Sequence record: PZ019085.1
Reading direction: 5' to 3' (one strand)
DNA: 64,000 nucleotides
Source: a phage
Both the position numbers and the translations under genes were made by a program. Below the pieces are notes generated by a model. It had not been told where the DNA came from. It saw nothing but the letters and a program-made list of their open reading frames with translations, and did no database searches. Each line of letters opens with the position of its first letter. Positions within the stretch are counted from its first letter, which is position 1. Of the stretch, positions 39,590-49,250 are shown piece by piece.

Positions 39590-40750
39590 ATGAATACTTT
39601 TAAAATCGGAACGAATTTTGATTTAGCTCTTCTTGATAAAATCGTAGAGCTCAATAAAACTTATCCTAATAGCTTGATAAACGAAGTATACGGCTCTACA
39701 AGAGAAATGGCTTTTGTAGCAGCCAGACCTGATTTTAGGCTTCCTGACGTTGACAAAAAGATGTTAGAAGATTACGTTAAACGTTGTAATGAATTAGGTA
39801 TTTGCTTTAACTATACACTCAACACGATAAATCCCGGTTCAAAAAGAGAACTAGTTGAGTGGAAGAAGAAAGCTATTCAGGATTATGTTCAGTATCTTTG
39901 GTCAATAGGCGTATGGCGTATTACTATCGCTAACCCTGTTGTTATGGAAATTGTTCGTGAAGTCAATAAAGACATTGAGATTGAAGTTTCAACAATTCTA
40001 CATGTCGATGCTGTAACTCAAATCAAATACTTACATGACCAATACAATATCAAAAAGGTCTGCTGTGGAATTCATAAGAACCGTTCAGTTTCTTTCCTGA
40101 AGCGTGCAGCAGAGTTTTGCAATAAGAACAATATAATATTTGAAGTTCTTGTAAATGAGTTCTGTTCTAATGCTGGTAAAGGGTATACAACACATTGTAG
40201 CTATCGTGACTCTTGCTATATTTTCCATAGTACTGATGTTACAGCTGATGATGCTAAATCCTTAAACGGGTATCCAATGCAACACTGCATTAAAGCTCGT
40301 GATACAGACCCATTTAACTGGTTGAGAACTCGTTTTGTTCGTCCTCAAGATTTGAAACTTTATAATGATATTGGTATCACTCAATTCAAAGTTTCAGGAC
40401 GTACAGGTAGCACAGACTACATTTTGAAAGTTCTTGAAGCATACGCTTCTGAAAAGTTTGAAGGTAATTTGTTAGAACTGTGGAAGCCTTTAGAGACTAT
40501 TTTCACTCTTGAAAACGAAACTGAGTTTTCACATACAGTAAATATTGAAACCTCTTTGTTAGATGGCTTTTTAGAAAAAAGGTGGTTCAGGCATCCAGAT
40601 TTCGATTGTGCTAATGAAATCTGTGGGACGACGTGTACATATTGTGAAAGATATTATAAACGTCAGTTATCTAAAAACGGGTTAGCAGAAAACTCTATAT
40701 CTATTATTGATATAACTAACTCTGATGACGCTTTGAGGTACCCAGAATGA
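39590..40750 (+). CDS. Cys-rich hypothetical enzyme in the sugar island
   Basis: 386 aa with multiple conserved-looking Cys clusters (CANEICGTTCTYC, EFCSNAGKGYTTHCSY); fold not assignable by eye. Confidence 0.55.
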   Translation: MNTFKIGTNFDLALLDKIVELNKTYPNSLINEVYGSTREMAFVAARPDFRLPDVDKKMLEDYVKRCNELGICFNYTLNTINPGSKRELVEWKKKAIQDYVQYLWSIGVWRITIANPVVMEIVREVNKDIEIEVSTILHVDAVTQIKYLHDQYNIKKVCCGIHKNRSVSFLKRAAEFCNKNNIIFEVLVNEFCSNAGKGYTTHCSYRDSCYIFHSTDVTADDAKSLNGYPMQHCIKARDTDPFNWLRTRFVRPQDLKLYNDIGITQFKVSGRTGSTDYILKVLEAYASEKFEGNLLELWKPLETIFTLENETEFSHTVNIETSLLDGFLEKRWFRHPDFDCANEICGTTCTYCERYYKRQLSKNGLAENSISIIDITNSDDALRYPE

Positions 40751-41030
40751 TTTCTAGAAAAACTTTTAACCACCAACTTAATGAAGAGATTTTGACTATG
40801 AAACTGAACACTAACGAACAAATTCTTAAAAAGGCCCTTATGGGGGCCTGTTTGAAACCAAAGCGGCTAAAGTGATTAAAGAACCTGTTCAATTGGAATA
40901 CTACGCTGATGCATTTCTTCATAGTGTTCTTGGAAGTATCGATGCTGAAGCTTTACGGTATATCAACACTGCCAAGAAATTCAAATAAGCTTTACGAATC
41001 GAGTATATAATAAATTGTATTGAGGTAAAC

Positions 41031-41747
41031 ATGGGAAAACATAACACAATGAAATATATCAAAGCCGCAGATTTTCAAACCGCATTTAAAGCAGTCAATC
41101 GTGAAATTTTAGAAAACCCGGAATTCGTAACTGATTCTCGTATTGGACGTTGTAATGAAATTGGGTCTATGACAGTAGTTGTTGACACTCCATCGTCATT
41201 CAAAATGACCGACCCACGTATTAACCGCATCTCTTATGAATATGCCGAAGACTTCTGGAAGTTTATGATTTCTGGTGGTACTGATGCAGAAGAAGCGTTT
41301 AAGGCATATCCTAATGTCGCTAAATTTATTTCTAAACCAAAATCGGATGCTTTGCCTGCAAACTTCAACACTTTCTATGGTCCTCGCATTGCGGCCCAAT
41401 TACCAACTCTTCTAAAAGAACTTAAAGAGAAACCTAACTCTCGAAGAGTTGTGTTCCAAATTCTAGAAAGTTCAGATCAGGCTTTGCTTGATTCGGACGA
41501 AACACTTGAATATCCATGTACTGACTCAGTGACTTATTATATTCGTGATGGTAAGCTTTATACCCACTGTCATATGCGTTCTCAGAACTGTGCTGTTGTT
41601 ATGCAGTTGGATTTTTATCTCCAAGGAAAATTACTTCATTATATCGCTAACGAATGCGGTGTAGAAGTAGGTGATTATACTCATACCATGGTAAGTGCCC
41701 ATGTGTTTGAACGTGATTTTGATTATGTTAAAGGATTCCTTGACTAA
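41031..41747 (+). CDS. 42: dCMP hydroxymethylase (thymidylate-synthase superfamily)
   Basis: PCTDSVTYYIRDGK ... MRSQNCAV resembles the catalytic Cys region of T4 gp42; syntenic position. Confidence 0.75.
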   Translation: MGKHNTMKYIKAADFQTAFKAVNREILENPEFVTDSRIGRCNEIGSMTVVVDTPSSFKMTDPRINRISYEYAEDFWKFMISGGTDAEEAFKAYPNVAKFISKPKSDALPANFNTFYGPRIAAQLPTLLKELKEKPNSRRVVFQILESSDQALLDSDETLEYPCTDSVTYYIRDGKLYTHCHMRSQNCAVVMQLDFYLQGKLLHYIANECGVEVGDYTHTMVSAHVFERDFDYVKGFLD

Positions 41748-42646
41748 TGGCTATTTTCCGCGTACCTATCTTGAGTATGCGGTCTTATGAAACTGGTCAG
41801 TATGCTATCCTTAAGGATGGCAACTTCCAACTTCATTTGCACCGTGCTAATCCAGGCGATGTGATTACATATCCACGTAATGCATCTGATATTAAAGAAT
41901 GTGAACGTCTTTTCCCGGAATTTAAGTTTGTTCCATTATGGTATAAAGATAACGCGTATAACACTCGTAAATATTTCTGGTCTGAAAATGAATTTGTGGT
42001 TGATTCATTAATTGCTTATTATGATTGTGATTTTCTAATCACAGATATCACTGGATATGATGGCGCTTTTGACGTAGAATTCAATTTCAATATCACTGCA
42101 GACCCTAATAAACCACGTTTTTATATTGATGAATTCTTAAAAACCGACATGTTGTCTGTTAATCGTTCACTTCAAACTACTGTGTTGAATGAACGTCAAA
42201 AAGAAGTGCTGGTTAACGCAGGTGCAGATGGTAATAAGATTATCGTAACGCAGAAAGTTATACGTCCTTCCGTCATGCAGCGTCTTGTAGGTGATTTGGC
42301 TCCTATTCATCTAGATGGTATTTTTCATCCATTTCGAATTAGTGACCCATGCTATCGTTTTGAACAAGTTGTTGAATGCGCAATTCAATTAGGTCAACCG
42401 CTTTATATAACTGATCCAAATAATAGTTTCGACAGAAATAAGTATCCTGAAGAAGCGCTGATTCGAATTTTTAATCCAACTAAAACTGAGTACTATCAAA
42501 TTCTTAAAGGACGTCCGAAGATTCAATATTTCGAAAATCCTGAAGAAGTATTCCATCCAGGTCTTGGTGAGTTCATCTACTTTAATGCTTTAATTTCTTC
42601 ACCGTATAATATACCTAAATACGAAGATGTCGTAATCGAGGAATAA
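41747..42646 (+). CDS. Hypothetical protein at the position of T4 beta-glucosyltransferase
   Basis: 299 aa; no match to T4 beta-gt noticed. Confidence 0.55.
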   Translation: MAIFRVPILSMRSYETGQYAILKDGNFQLHLHRANPGDVITYPRNASDIKECERLFPEFKFVPLWYKDNAYNTRKYFWSENEFVVDSLIAYYDCDFLITDITGYDGAFDVEFNFNITADPNKPRFYIDEFLKTDMLSVNRSLQTTVLNERQKEVLVNAGADGNKIIVTQKVIRPSVMQRLVGDLAPIHLDGIFHPFRISDPCYRFEQVVECAIQLGQPLYITDPNNSFDRNKYPEEALIRIFNPTKTEYYQILKGRPKIQYFENPEEVFHPGLGEFIYFNALISSPYNIPKYEDVVIEE

Positions 42647-42647
42647 A

Positions 42648-43196
42648 ATGGCTAAAATTATTTTAGTAGACGGCCCGGATAATGCTGGTAAAACAACTTT
42701 CATTAATGACATAATGGAAATTAGTGAAAGATATGTAAAGATTGATTTCCCTAAACGAACAGTTGATGGACGTTTCGATGTTAAGTCTCGAAATGAAGTT
42801 GGCTGTTTCGAAACGATGTTGAATTATTTAGACCCTACTAAGATTTATCTGTTAGACCGTGGATATATTAGTAACTGGGTTTATGGACGTATTCGACAAG
42901 ATGTGGACTCGGTTCTTGACGTTTATGAACAGGATTATGTTCGTCTTTGCCAAAACCATGATGTGTTCACAATTATTTTAACACGTAACGAAATGACTGA
43001 AAGTTTTGAAGACGACCTTATTACTTTGTCTTCATTCGGTTTTAATACAGTCATTTCATATTTTGAAGAGTTTGCAATTCATAACAAAATCCAAACGTAT
43101 CAATTACTTAATCATGATGGTGCTAACAAAGTTATAGGATTTAATGCAAGCGAACGTAATTATTTGATTACAGAAATCATTAAATGGGCTCGTTAA
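42648..43196 (+). CDS. P-loop nucleotide kinase (thymidylate/dNMP kinase-like)
   Basis: Walker A DGPDNAGKTT and LLDRGYIS (DRY-like motif of the TMPK fold). Confidence 0.55.
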   Translation: MAKIILVDGPDNAGKTTFINDIMEISERYVKIDFPKRTVDGRFDVKSRNEVGCFETMLNYLDPTKIYLLDRGYISNWVYGRIRQDVDSVLDVYEQDYVRLCQNHDVFTIILTRNEMTESFEDDLITLSSFGFNTVISYFEEFAIHNKIQTYQLLNHDGANKVIGFNASERNYLITEIIKWAR

Positions 43197-43294
43197 GAGC
43201 CATTTAAAGTTTTAAATGCTGTATAACCCTTAGTATATAATCATCTTATCCTTTAAACATGAGTAAAATATAATGATGCCTATGGAAAAATACA

Positions 43295-44467
43295 ATGTCT
43301 GATTTAAAATCTCGTCTGATTAAAGCTTCTACTTCTAAAATGACTGCAGACTTGACTAAGTCTAAGCTGTTTAATAATCGTGATGAAGTCCCTACTCGTA
43401 TTCCGATGTTGAATATTGCATTAGGTGGTGCACTGAATGCAGGGTTGCAATCAGGCTTAACTATTTTTGCTGCTCCTTCTAAACACTTTAAAACGTTGTT
43501 TGGACTAACTATGGTTGCAGCATATATGAAGAAATATAAAGATGCAATTTGTTTGTTCTATGATTCAGAATTTGGTGCTTCAGAATCTTATTTTCGTTCA
43601 ATGGGTGTTGATTTAGACCGTGTAGTTCATACTCCGATTCAATCTGTCGAACAACTTAAAGTTGATATGACTAATCAGCTTGACGCGATTGAACGCGGTG
43701 ATAAAGTTATTATCTTTATCGATTCAATCGGTAATACTGCATCTAAGAAAGAAACCGAAGATGCGTTGAACGAGAAAGTTGTAGGTGATATGTCTCGTGC
43801 TAAGGCACTTAAATCTCTTTTCCGTATTGTGACCCCGTATCTGACTATTAAAGATATCCCGTGTGTTGCAATCAACCATACAGCAATGGAAATCGGCGGA
43901 CTATATCCTAAAGAGATTATGGGTGGTGGTACAGGTATTCTTTACTCTGCTAACACCGTATTCTTTATCTCTAAACGTCAGGTTAAAGAAGGTACAGAAT
44001 TAACCGGTTATGACTTCACGTTGAAAGCAGAAAAATCTCGTACAGTTAAAGAGAAATCTACTTTCCCGATCACGGTTAATTTTGATGGCGGTATTGACCC
44101 ATTCAGTGGCTTGTTAGAAATGGCAACTGAAATCGGTTTTGTGGTTAAGCCTAAAGCTGGTTGGTATGCTCGTGAATTCCTTGACGAAGAAACAGGTGAA
44201 ATGATTCGTGAAGAAAAATCATGGCGTGCTAAAGCTACTGATTGTGTAGAATTCTGGGGACCATTGTTTAAACACAAACCTTTCCGAGATGCAATTGAAA
44301 CTAAATATAAACTAGGTGCTATCTCTTCTATTAAAGAAGTTGATGACGCTGTTAATGACCTTATTAATTGCAAAGCAACAACTAAAGTTCCGGTTAAAAC
44401 TTCTGATGCTCCATCCGCAGCAGATATAGAAAACGACCTTGACGAAATGGAAGATTTCGATGAATAA
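43295..44467 (+). CDS. uvsX: RecA-like recombinase UvsX
   Basis: Matches T4 UvsX; Walker A-like APSKHFKT; acidic C-terminal tail. Confidence 0.95.
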   Translation: MSDLKSRLIKASTSKMTADLTKSKLFNNRDEVPTRIPMLNIALGGALNAGLQSGLTIFAAPSKHFKTLFGLTMVAAYMKKYKDAICLFYDSEFGASESYFRSMGVDLDRVVHTPIQSVEQLKVDMTNQLDAIERGDKVIIFIDSIGNTASKKETEDALNEKVVGDMSRAKALKSLFRIVTPYLTIKDIPCVAINHTAMEIGGLYPKEIMGGGTGILYSANTVFFISKRQVKEGTELTGYDFTLKAEKSRTVKEKSTFPITVNFDGGIDPFSGLLEMATEIGFVVKPKAGWYAREFLDEETGEMIREEKSWRAKATDCVEFWGPLFKHKPFRDAIETKYKLGAISSIKEVDDAVNDLINCKATTKVPVKTSDAPSAADIENDLDEMEDFDE

Positions 44468-44801
44468 TCTCGATGATTTAAATCTAGAAATCGTTGATGA
44501 ATCCCCTTCTTCGGAAGGGGAAGACATTCGCAAAGAACGAGTGTTTAATGAATCTCTTAAAATTATCCGTTCAGCAATGGAAAATGTCATTCAAGAGATT
44601 CTGATTACGCTTGAAGATGGTTCTCATCATATAGTCTATATTACAAAACTAGACTGGGTTGATGGTAAAATCGTAATGGACTTTGCAGTTCTTGACCAGG
44701 ACAGAAAAGCAGAACTTGCACCACATGTTGAAAAATGTGTTACAATGCAAGTACAACAAGCTTTTAATGAACGGACCAAGAAAAAATTTAAATTCTTTTA
44801 A
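44460..44801 (+). CDS. Hypothetical protein at the position of T4 gp40
   Basis: Position between uvsX and 41; ATGA-type overlap with the uvsX stop. Confidence 0.4.
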   Translation: MNNLDDLNLEIVDESPSSEGEDIRKERVFNESLKIIRSAMENVIQEILITLEDGSHHIVYITKLDWVDGKIVMDFAVLDQDRKAELAPHVEKCVTMQVQQAFNERTKKKFKFF

Positions 44802-44810
44802 GGAGTTATC

Positions 44811-46253
44811 GTGGTAGAAATTATTTTGTCTCATCTCGTATATGACCAGGCTTATTTTTCTAAGGTCTGGCCTTATATGGATTCTGAGTATTTTGAGCGT
44901 GGACCGGCAAAAAATGTCTTTAAAATTATAAAGAGCCACGTTAACGAATATAATGCAATGCCATCTATCAATGCGTTAAAGGTGGCTTTAGATAACAGTT
45001 CTTTAACTGAAGCCGAATATAAAGGAACTTCAGACCTAATTGAAAAATTGGCTGATACTCCTGAAGACCACGAATGGTTGGTTAAAGAAACTGAGAAATA
45101 TGTCCAGCAAAAAGCGATGTATAATGCTACATCCAAAATCATTGAGATTCAGTCTAATGCTGAACTACCTCCAGAACAACGTAACAAGAAAATGCCTGAC
45201 GTAGGAGCTATTCCTGATATTATGCGTCAAGCACTTTCAATTTCGTTTGATAGTTATGTCGGACATGACTGGATGGAAGACTACGAAGCACGCTGGCTTT
45301 CTTATCTGAACAAAGCACGTAAGGTCCCGTTCAAATTAAACATTCTGAATAAAATCACTAAAGGTGGCGCTGAAACCGGTACACTGAATGTTTTAATGGC
45401 CGGTGTTAACGTTGGTAAATCTTTAGGCCTTTGTTCACTTGCTGCAGATTATCTTCAAACAGGTCATAATGTTCTTTATATTTCCATGGAAATGGCTGAA
45501 GAAGTTTGTGCTAAGCGTATAGATGCAAACATGCTCGACGTATCACTCGATGATATCGATGATGGTAACGTATCTTATGCTGAATATAAAGCCAAGATGG
45601 AAAAATGGCGTTCAAAAACAACATTAGGACGTTTAGTAGTTAAACAGTATCCTACTGGTGGAGCTAATGCTAATACATTCCGTGCATTGCTTAATGAATT
45701 GAAACTCAAGAAGAACTTTGTGCCATCTGTAATCATGGTTGATTACTTAGGTATTTGTGGGTCTTGTCGTATCAGAGTTTACACTGAAAATAGTTACACA
45801 TTAGTTAAAGCTATCGCAGAAGAACTTCGTGCATTAGCAGTAGAATCTGAAACAGTTCTATGGACTGCAGCTCAAGTAGGACGTGCAGCATGGGATGCTT
45901 CGGATATGAACATGAGCGATATTGCAGAATCAGCAGGTTTACCAGCAACGGCAGATTTCATGTTGGCCGTAATTGAAACCGAAGAACTTGCACAAGCTGA
46001 ACAACAACTTATCAAACAAATAAAATCACGATACGGTGATAAGAATAAGTGGAATAAATTCCTGATGGGTGTACGCAAAGGCAACCAGAAATGGATTGAG
46101 ATTGAGCAAGAAGGCATGAACACATCTAACACAGTAAATGAAAATGCAGGTGCTCAGATGCGTCAGGCAGAGGTGAATCGTACGGAACGCGTAGGTAAAG
46201 CCAAAACAACACGTGCTGACCTAGATAGCTTAGCCAATGAGTTAAAATTTTAA
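44811..46253 (+). CDS. 41: Replicative helicase gp41 (DnaB-like)
   Basis: MVEIILSHLVYDQAYFSKVWPYMDSEYFE... matches T4 gp41; Walker A GVNVGKSLG; GTG start. Confidence 0.95.
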   Translation: MVEIILSHLVYDQAYFSKVWPYMDSEYFERGPAKNVFKIIKSHVNEYNAMPSINALKVALDNSSLTEAEYKGTSDLIEKLADTPEDHEWLVKETEKYVQQKAMYNATSKIIEIQSNAELPPEQRNKKMPDVGAIPDIMRQALSISFDSYVGHDWMEDYEARWLSYLNKARKVPFKLNILNKITKGGAETGTLNVLMAGVNVGKSLGLCSLAADYLQTGHNVLYISMEMAEEVCAKRIDANMLDVSLDDIDDGNVSYAEYKAKMEKWRSKTTLGRLVVKQYPTGGANANTFRALLNELKLKKNFVPSVIMVDYLGICGSCRIRVYTENSYTLVKAIAEELRALAVESETVLWTAAQVGRAAWDASDMNMSDIAESAGLPATADFMLAVIETEELAQAEQQLIKQIKSRYGDKNKWNKFLMGVRKGNQKWIEIEQEGMNTSNTVNENAGAQMRQAEVNRTERVGKAKTTRADLDSLANELKF

Positions 46254-46254
46254 T

Positions 46255-46280
46255 AAAAAAGGAGCCTTCGGGCTCCTTTC
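46255..46280 (+). terminator. Terminator-like UUCG hairpin
   Basis: aaaggagcc-ttcg-ggctccttt. Confidence 0.5.
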
Positions 46281-46342
46281 GGGGTTTACATCTTCCTCTA
46301 GGCATGATATGATGTACTTACACCAACCAAGAGGAAAACACT

Positions 46343-46717
46343 ATGAATATGTCTCAAGCAATTTTTACTGCAATCACCGAAAACACAACTGTTGAAGTAG
46401 TTTCTCCGCTGGCAACCTACGTTATTCTTGCTCCTAAAACTATTGTATCTCGTATGGAAAACACGGGCAAACGTATTGTACAAATTGTTGGAGCTGGAAA
46501 TCAAAAACTTGATTATCTGCGAACTATCAAAGCTTACGAACATTTCCAAATCGAAAAAGGTTCTCCTATCCAGGTAGAACTCGTAAATGGTGATATCGTT
46601 CGAGCAATGTTCCATCATTTCTATGCATTGAATGACCAATCTAAAGCGGTTCGTTTAATTGCATACGACGCAAACCAAAACGAAATCAACGCAGACGTAT
46701 CTAAATTACGTTTTTAA
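46343..46717 (+). CDS. Hypothetical protein
   Basis: ORF track; early promoter upstream. Confidence 0.5.
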   Translation: MNMSQAIFTAITENTTVEVVSPLATYVILAPKTIVSRMENTGKRIVQIVGAGNQKLDYLRTIKAYEHFQIEKGSPIQVELVNGDIVRAMFHHFYALNDQSKAVRLIAYDANQNEINADVSKLRF

Positions 46718-46768
46718 GTTTACTTCTCCAGTAGTTGTGTTATTATAGACCTATCAACTACTGGAGAA
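46718..46768 (+). promoter_or_regulatory. Early promoter with 14-bp inverted repeat ttctccagtagttg/caactactggagaa bracketing the -10 and forming the SD
   Basis: gtttac at 46718-46723, tattat at 46741-46746; repeat arms 46724-46737 and 46755-46768. Confidence 0.55.
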
Positions 46769-46772
46769 CAAA

Positions 46773-47090
46773 ATGAAAACCATCGATTGTAAAGCAGAAT
46801 TTAAGATTTTTTATCACGGTTCAAGTAGTTCAGCTAACATCGAAAACATGCTTTGTCCTCCTGAAGAAACAGGAGTTCTGTCTGAAACAGGACGTAAGAA
46901 AAACTTGGATCGTGTATTCTTTACTGAAGATATCGGTTTAGCAAAGATTTATGCAGGACGAGCAGCACGCTCTTATGGAGGTGAACCACGTCTCTATCGA
47001 GTAATTTCTCCGGTAGATGTAGTTCAAATGAATGATACTAAAGGCGCTACAGTTTATCACGCTGAATGGGCATTTTGCGAGGAAATATGA
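46773..47090 (+). CDS. Hypothetical protein
   Basis: ORF track. Confidence 0.45.
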   Translation: MKTIDCKAEFKIFYHGSSSSANIENMLCPPEETGVLSETGRKKNLDRVFFTEDIGLAKIYAGRAARSYGGEPRLYRVISPVDVVQMNDTKGATVYHAEWAFCEEI

Positions 47091-47275
47091 GCAAATTAAC
47101 TAAAGTTACTTTTATCGGTTGGTTTAAAAGTGGTGAGATGTTCACTAAAGATATCATGTTATCAGGTGATCGCGAAGAAATCGAGTGGGTTGCGGTACAA
47201 CTTGCTGAAGTGAACAACGCATTAGTTAAAGCATTTGTTAATGACGAGAAAGTTTTCGAAGCAGATTTTCGATAA
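47087..47275 (+). CDS. Small protein, possibly Dmd-like antitoxin
   Basis: 62 aa; position near gene 41 where T4 dmd lies; similarity to Dmd is from uncertain recall. Confidence 0.3.
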   Translation: MSKLTKVTFIGWFKSGEMFTKDIMLSGDREEIEWVAVQLAEVNNALVKAFVNDEKVFEADFR

Positions 47276-47344
47276 TTTTAAAAACTGTTTACAAGCACTA
47301 CATACTGTGTTACTATCTTTCTATCAACTATAGAGGAAATTGAA

Positions 47345-47713
47345 ATGAAAAAATTAATCGCTTTAGCAATGGTATTTGGATTAACCGGATGTGGTGCCCA
47401 TGGCTTTATTCCTAATAATGTTGGCCAACTGATTTACAATCCGAATGTTAAACAATATGAACAACCTAAAGTTGAAGTGGAAGACCCGGTTACTGTAGGT
47501 AATCGAATGATTCAAGCTGATGCTCATGCTCAACGTTATCGTGATTCCGATACTGTAGCTATGTCAAAAGAACAGCGCGTTAAAGAACATTGCTTACAGG
47601 CTACTGAAATCGCATTCATTCGCTATGTTGAAACAACTGGTAAAGAGCCTACCCAGAAACAAATCGCGAATAACTACGTCCAGTGTATTGAACGTTTAAA
47701 CAAATTTAATTAA
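47345..47713 (+). CDS. Lipoprotein
   Basis: Signal peptide with lipobox LTGC. Confidence 0.55.
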   Translation: MKKLIALAMVFGLTGCGAHGFIPNNVGQLIYNPNVKQYEQPKVEVEDPVTVGNRMIQADAHAQRYRDSDTVAMSKEQRVKEHCLQATEIAFIRYVETTGKEPTQKQIANNYVQCIERLNKFN

Positions 47714-47774
47714 TTGGTTTACACTAAAGTTAAAATAAGATACTATAAGCATAACAAATCAAGAGGAAATTAAC

Positions 47775-48023
47775 ATGGAATTATTCGTAGCTAGTTCAGT
47801 AGCAGTTTTAATCGCAGGTATTGGTTCAATCATCATTTACATGTTGCCTTGGGTAATCGCACTTATTCGTGGCACAAAAAGCACAACAGCAATCTTCTTT
47901 GTATCTTTACTCTTTAACTGGACGATGGTTGGTTGGATTGGAACTTTAATTTGGTCCATCGTTGCCGAAAAGAAATCGGCTCAGCAGCCTCAACAAGTAA
48001 TTATTATTCGCGAAAAAGAATAA
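47775..48023 (+). CDS. Small two-TM membrane protein
   Basis: Hydrophobic segments VAVLIAGIGSIIIY and IFFVSLLFNWTMVGWIGTLIWSIV. Confidence 0.5.
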   Translation: MELFVASSVAVLIAGIGSIIIYMLPWVIALIRGTKSTTAIFFVSLLFNWTMVGWIGTLIWSIVAEKKSAQQPQQVIIIREKE

Positions 48024-48086
48024 ACTTGTTTACATTATAGATGGACTATAGTATAGTAGTCCTATCAAATCAACTAAGGAGTTAAA

Positions 48087-48380
48087 ATGAAAAAGTTATC
48101 ATTGGCAGCAATCTTACTTGCAGTATCATGTGCACCGGCTCCAGTTACAGCAGGTTATGATAAAGACCTCTGTGAGTGGTCAATGACTGCAAATCAAGAA
48201 GATGTTGAACAACAAATCTTCTCTGATATCATGAACATCACTAAACGAGACCGTCCTAATATGGTTAATAAAGTTGTTGAACAACTTAAGTCTGGCGGTA
48301 TCATGCAGTACAACTATGTTTTGTATTGTGACCCTAATTTCGATAACAAAGATATCGTAACCGAAATCACAGGTGAATAA
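48087..48380 (+). CDS. sp: Spackle-like periplasmic protein
   Basis: 97 aa with signal peptide; GYDKDLCEWSM ... YVLYCD resembles T4 Sp as recalled; position in the 41-61 interval. Confidence 0.65.
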   Translation: MKKLSLAAILLAVSCAPAPVTAGYDKDLCEWSMTANQEDVEQQIFSDIMNITKRDRPNMVNKVVEQLKSGGIMQYNYVLYCDPNFDNKDIVTEITGE

Positions 48381-48381
48381 T

Positions 48382-49032
48382 ATGATTTATTATATGCACA
48401 AAAATGCGCCGTTTAAATATGGTAAATTTCCTAATGCACAATGTTATAATATAACGCCGAATGAAAATAATAATGGATACCATATTGGTGTAATTTTTGT
48501 AATTGTTAAAGATAATGAAATCGTTGCCTGGGCAGATTTTAAAGGTACAACGTATGATGTTAATCCTGTGCCTTTCACGTATTACAATATAATGGATTTG
48601 GCATATGATTATAATTGGTTTACTCATGACACGTTGGCTCATATTGAAGGTGTAGGATTTGACATCTCTTATTCTAGTTATTCACTATGTCCTATGAGCC
48701 GAGCTCACGGTAAAGATGTATCATATCTTTCAATTCGGAAACGTGTAAACTTCAAACGTAGCACAGAGTATGTTGGTGGACTCTTTGTTAAAGATAATAA
48801 AATAACCCGTATTAGTTATCCTTTAAGTGTAGGTCAAAAAGATGTTGATGTTGATTTAGACTTAACTGAAAGTAACATTAATCGTATTGCTTCTGTATAT
48901 TTTGATATCGATGAAAAAATTGTAGTGTGTGGATACGAATTACCACCTGAAGAAAAGGCTGAAGCAATTGAAGTCGAATTAGAAATTTCTGTCGATGACC
49001 AAATATTTAATGCATTTATGAATCGAGGTTAA
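48382..49032 (+). CDS. Hypothetical protein
   Basis: ORF track; very AT-rich codons. Confidence 0.5.
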   Translation: MIYYMHKNAPFKYGKFPNAQCYNITPNENNNGYHIGVIFVIVKDNEIVAWADFKGTTYDVNPVPFTYYNIMDLAYDYNWFTHDTLAHIEGVGFDISYSSYSLCPMSRAHGKDVSYLSIRKRVNFKRSTEYVGGLFVKDNKITRISYPLSVGQKDVDVDLDLTESNINRIASVYFDIDEKIVVCGYELPPEEKAEAIEVELEISVDDQIFNAFMNRG

Positions 49033-49033
49033 A

Positions 49034-49231
49034 ATGACTACTGCAATTTGCACTGGTTCTAAAATTAGTGTTTTTACAAGTTTTGAAGATTACGAAGTTG
49101 TTTCAAAACACCAATGCCATATTAGCGTAAAAGCTAATGATGGTGTAATTTGGAATATTCCACAGTATGAAGGCACTACATATGAAGTCACGGATATAAA
49201 TGGTGACAAAGCAATCTTTGTAATTGATTAA
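49034..49231 (+). CDS. Hypothetical small protein
   Basis: ORF track. Confidence 0.4.
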   Translation: MTTAICTGSKISVFTSFEDYEVVSKHQCHISVKANDGVIWNIPQYEGTTYEVTDINGDKAIFVID

Positions 49232-49250
49232 ATATACTCAGGAGGTACCT

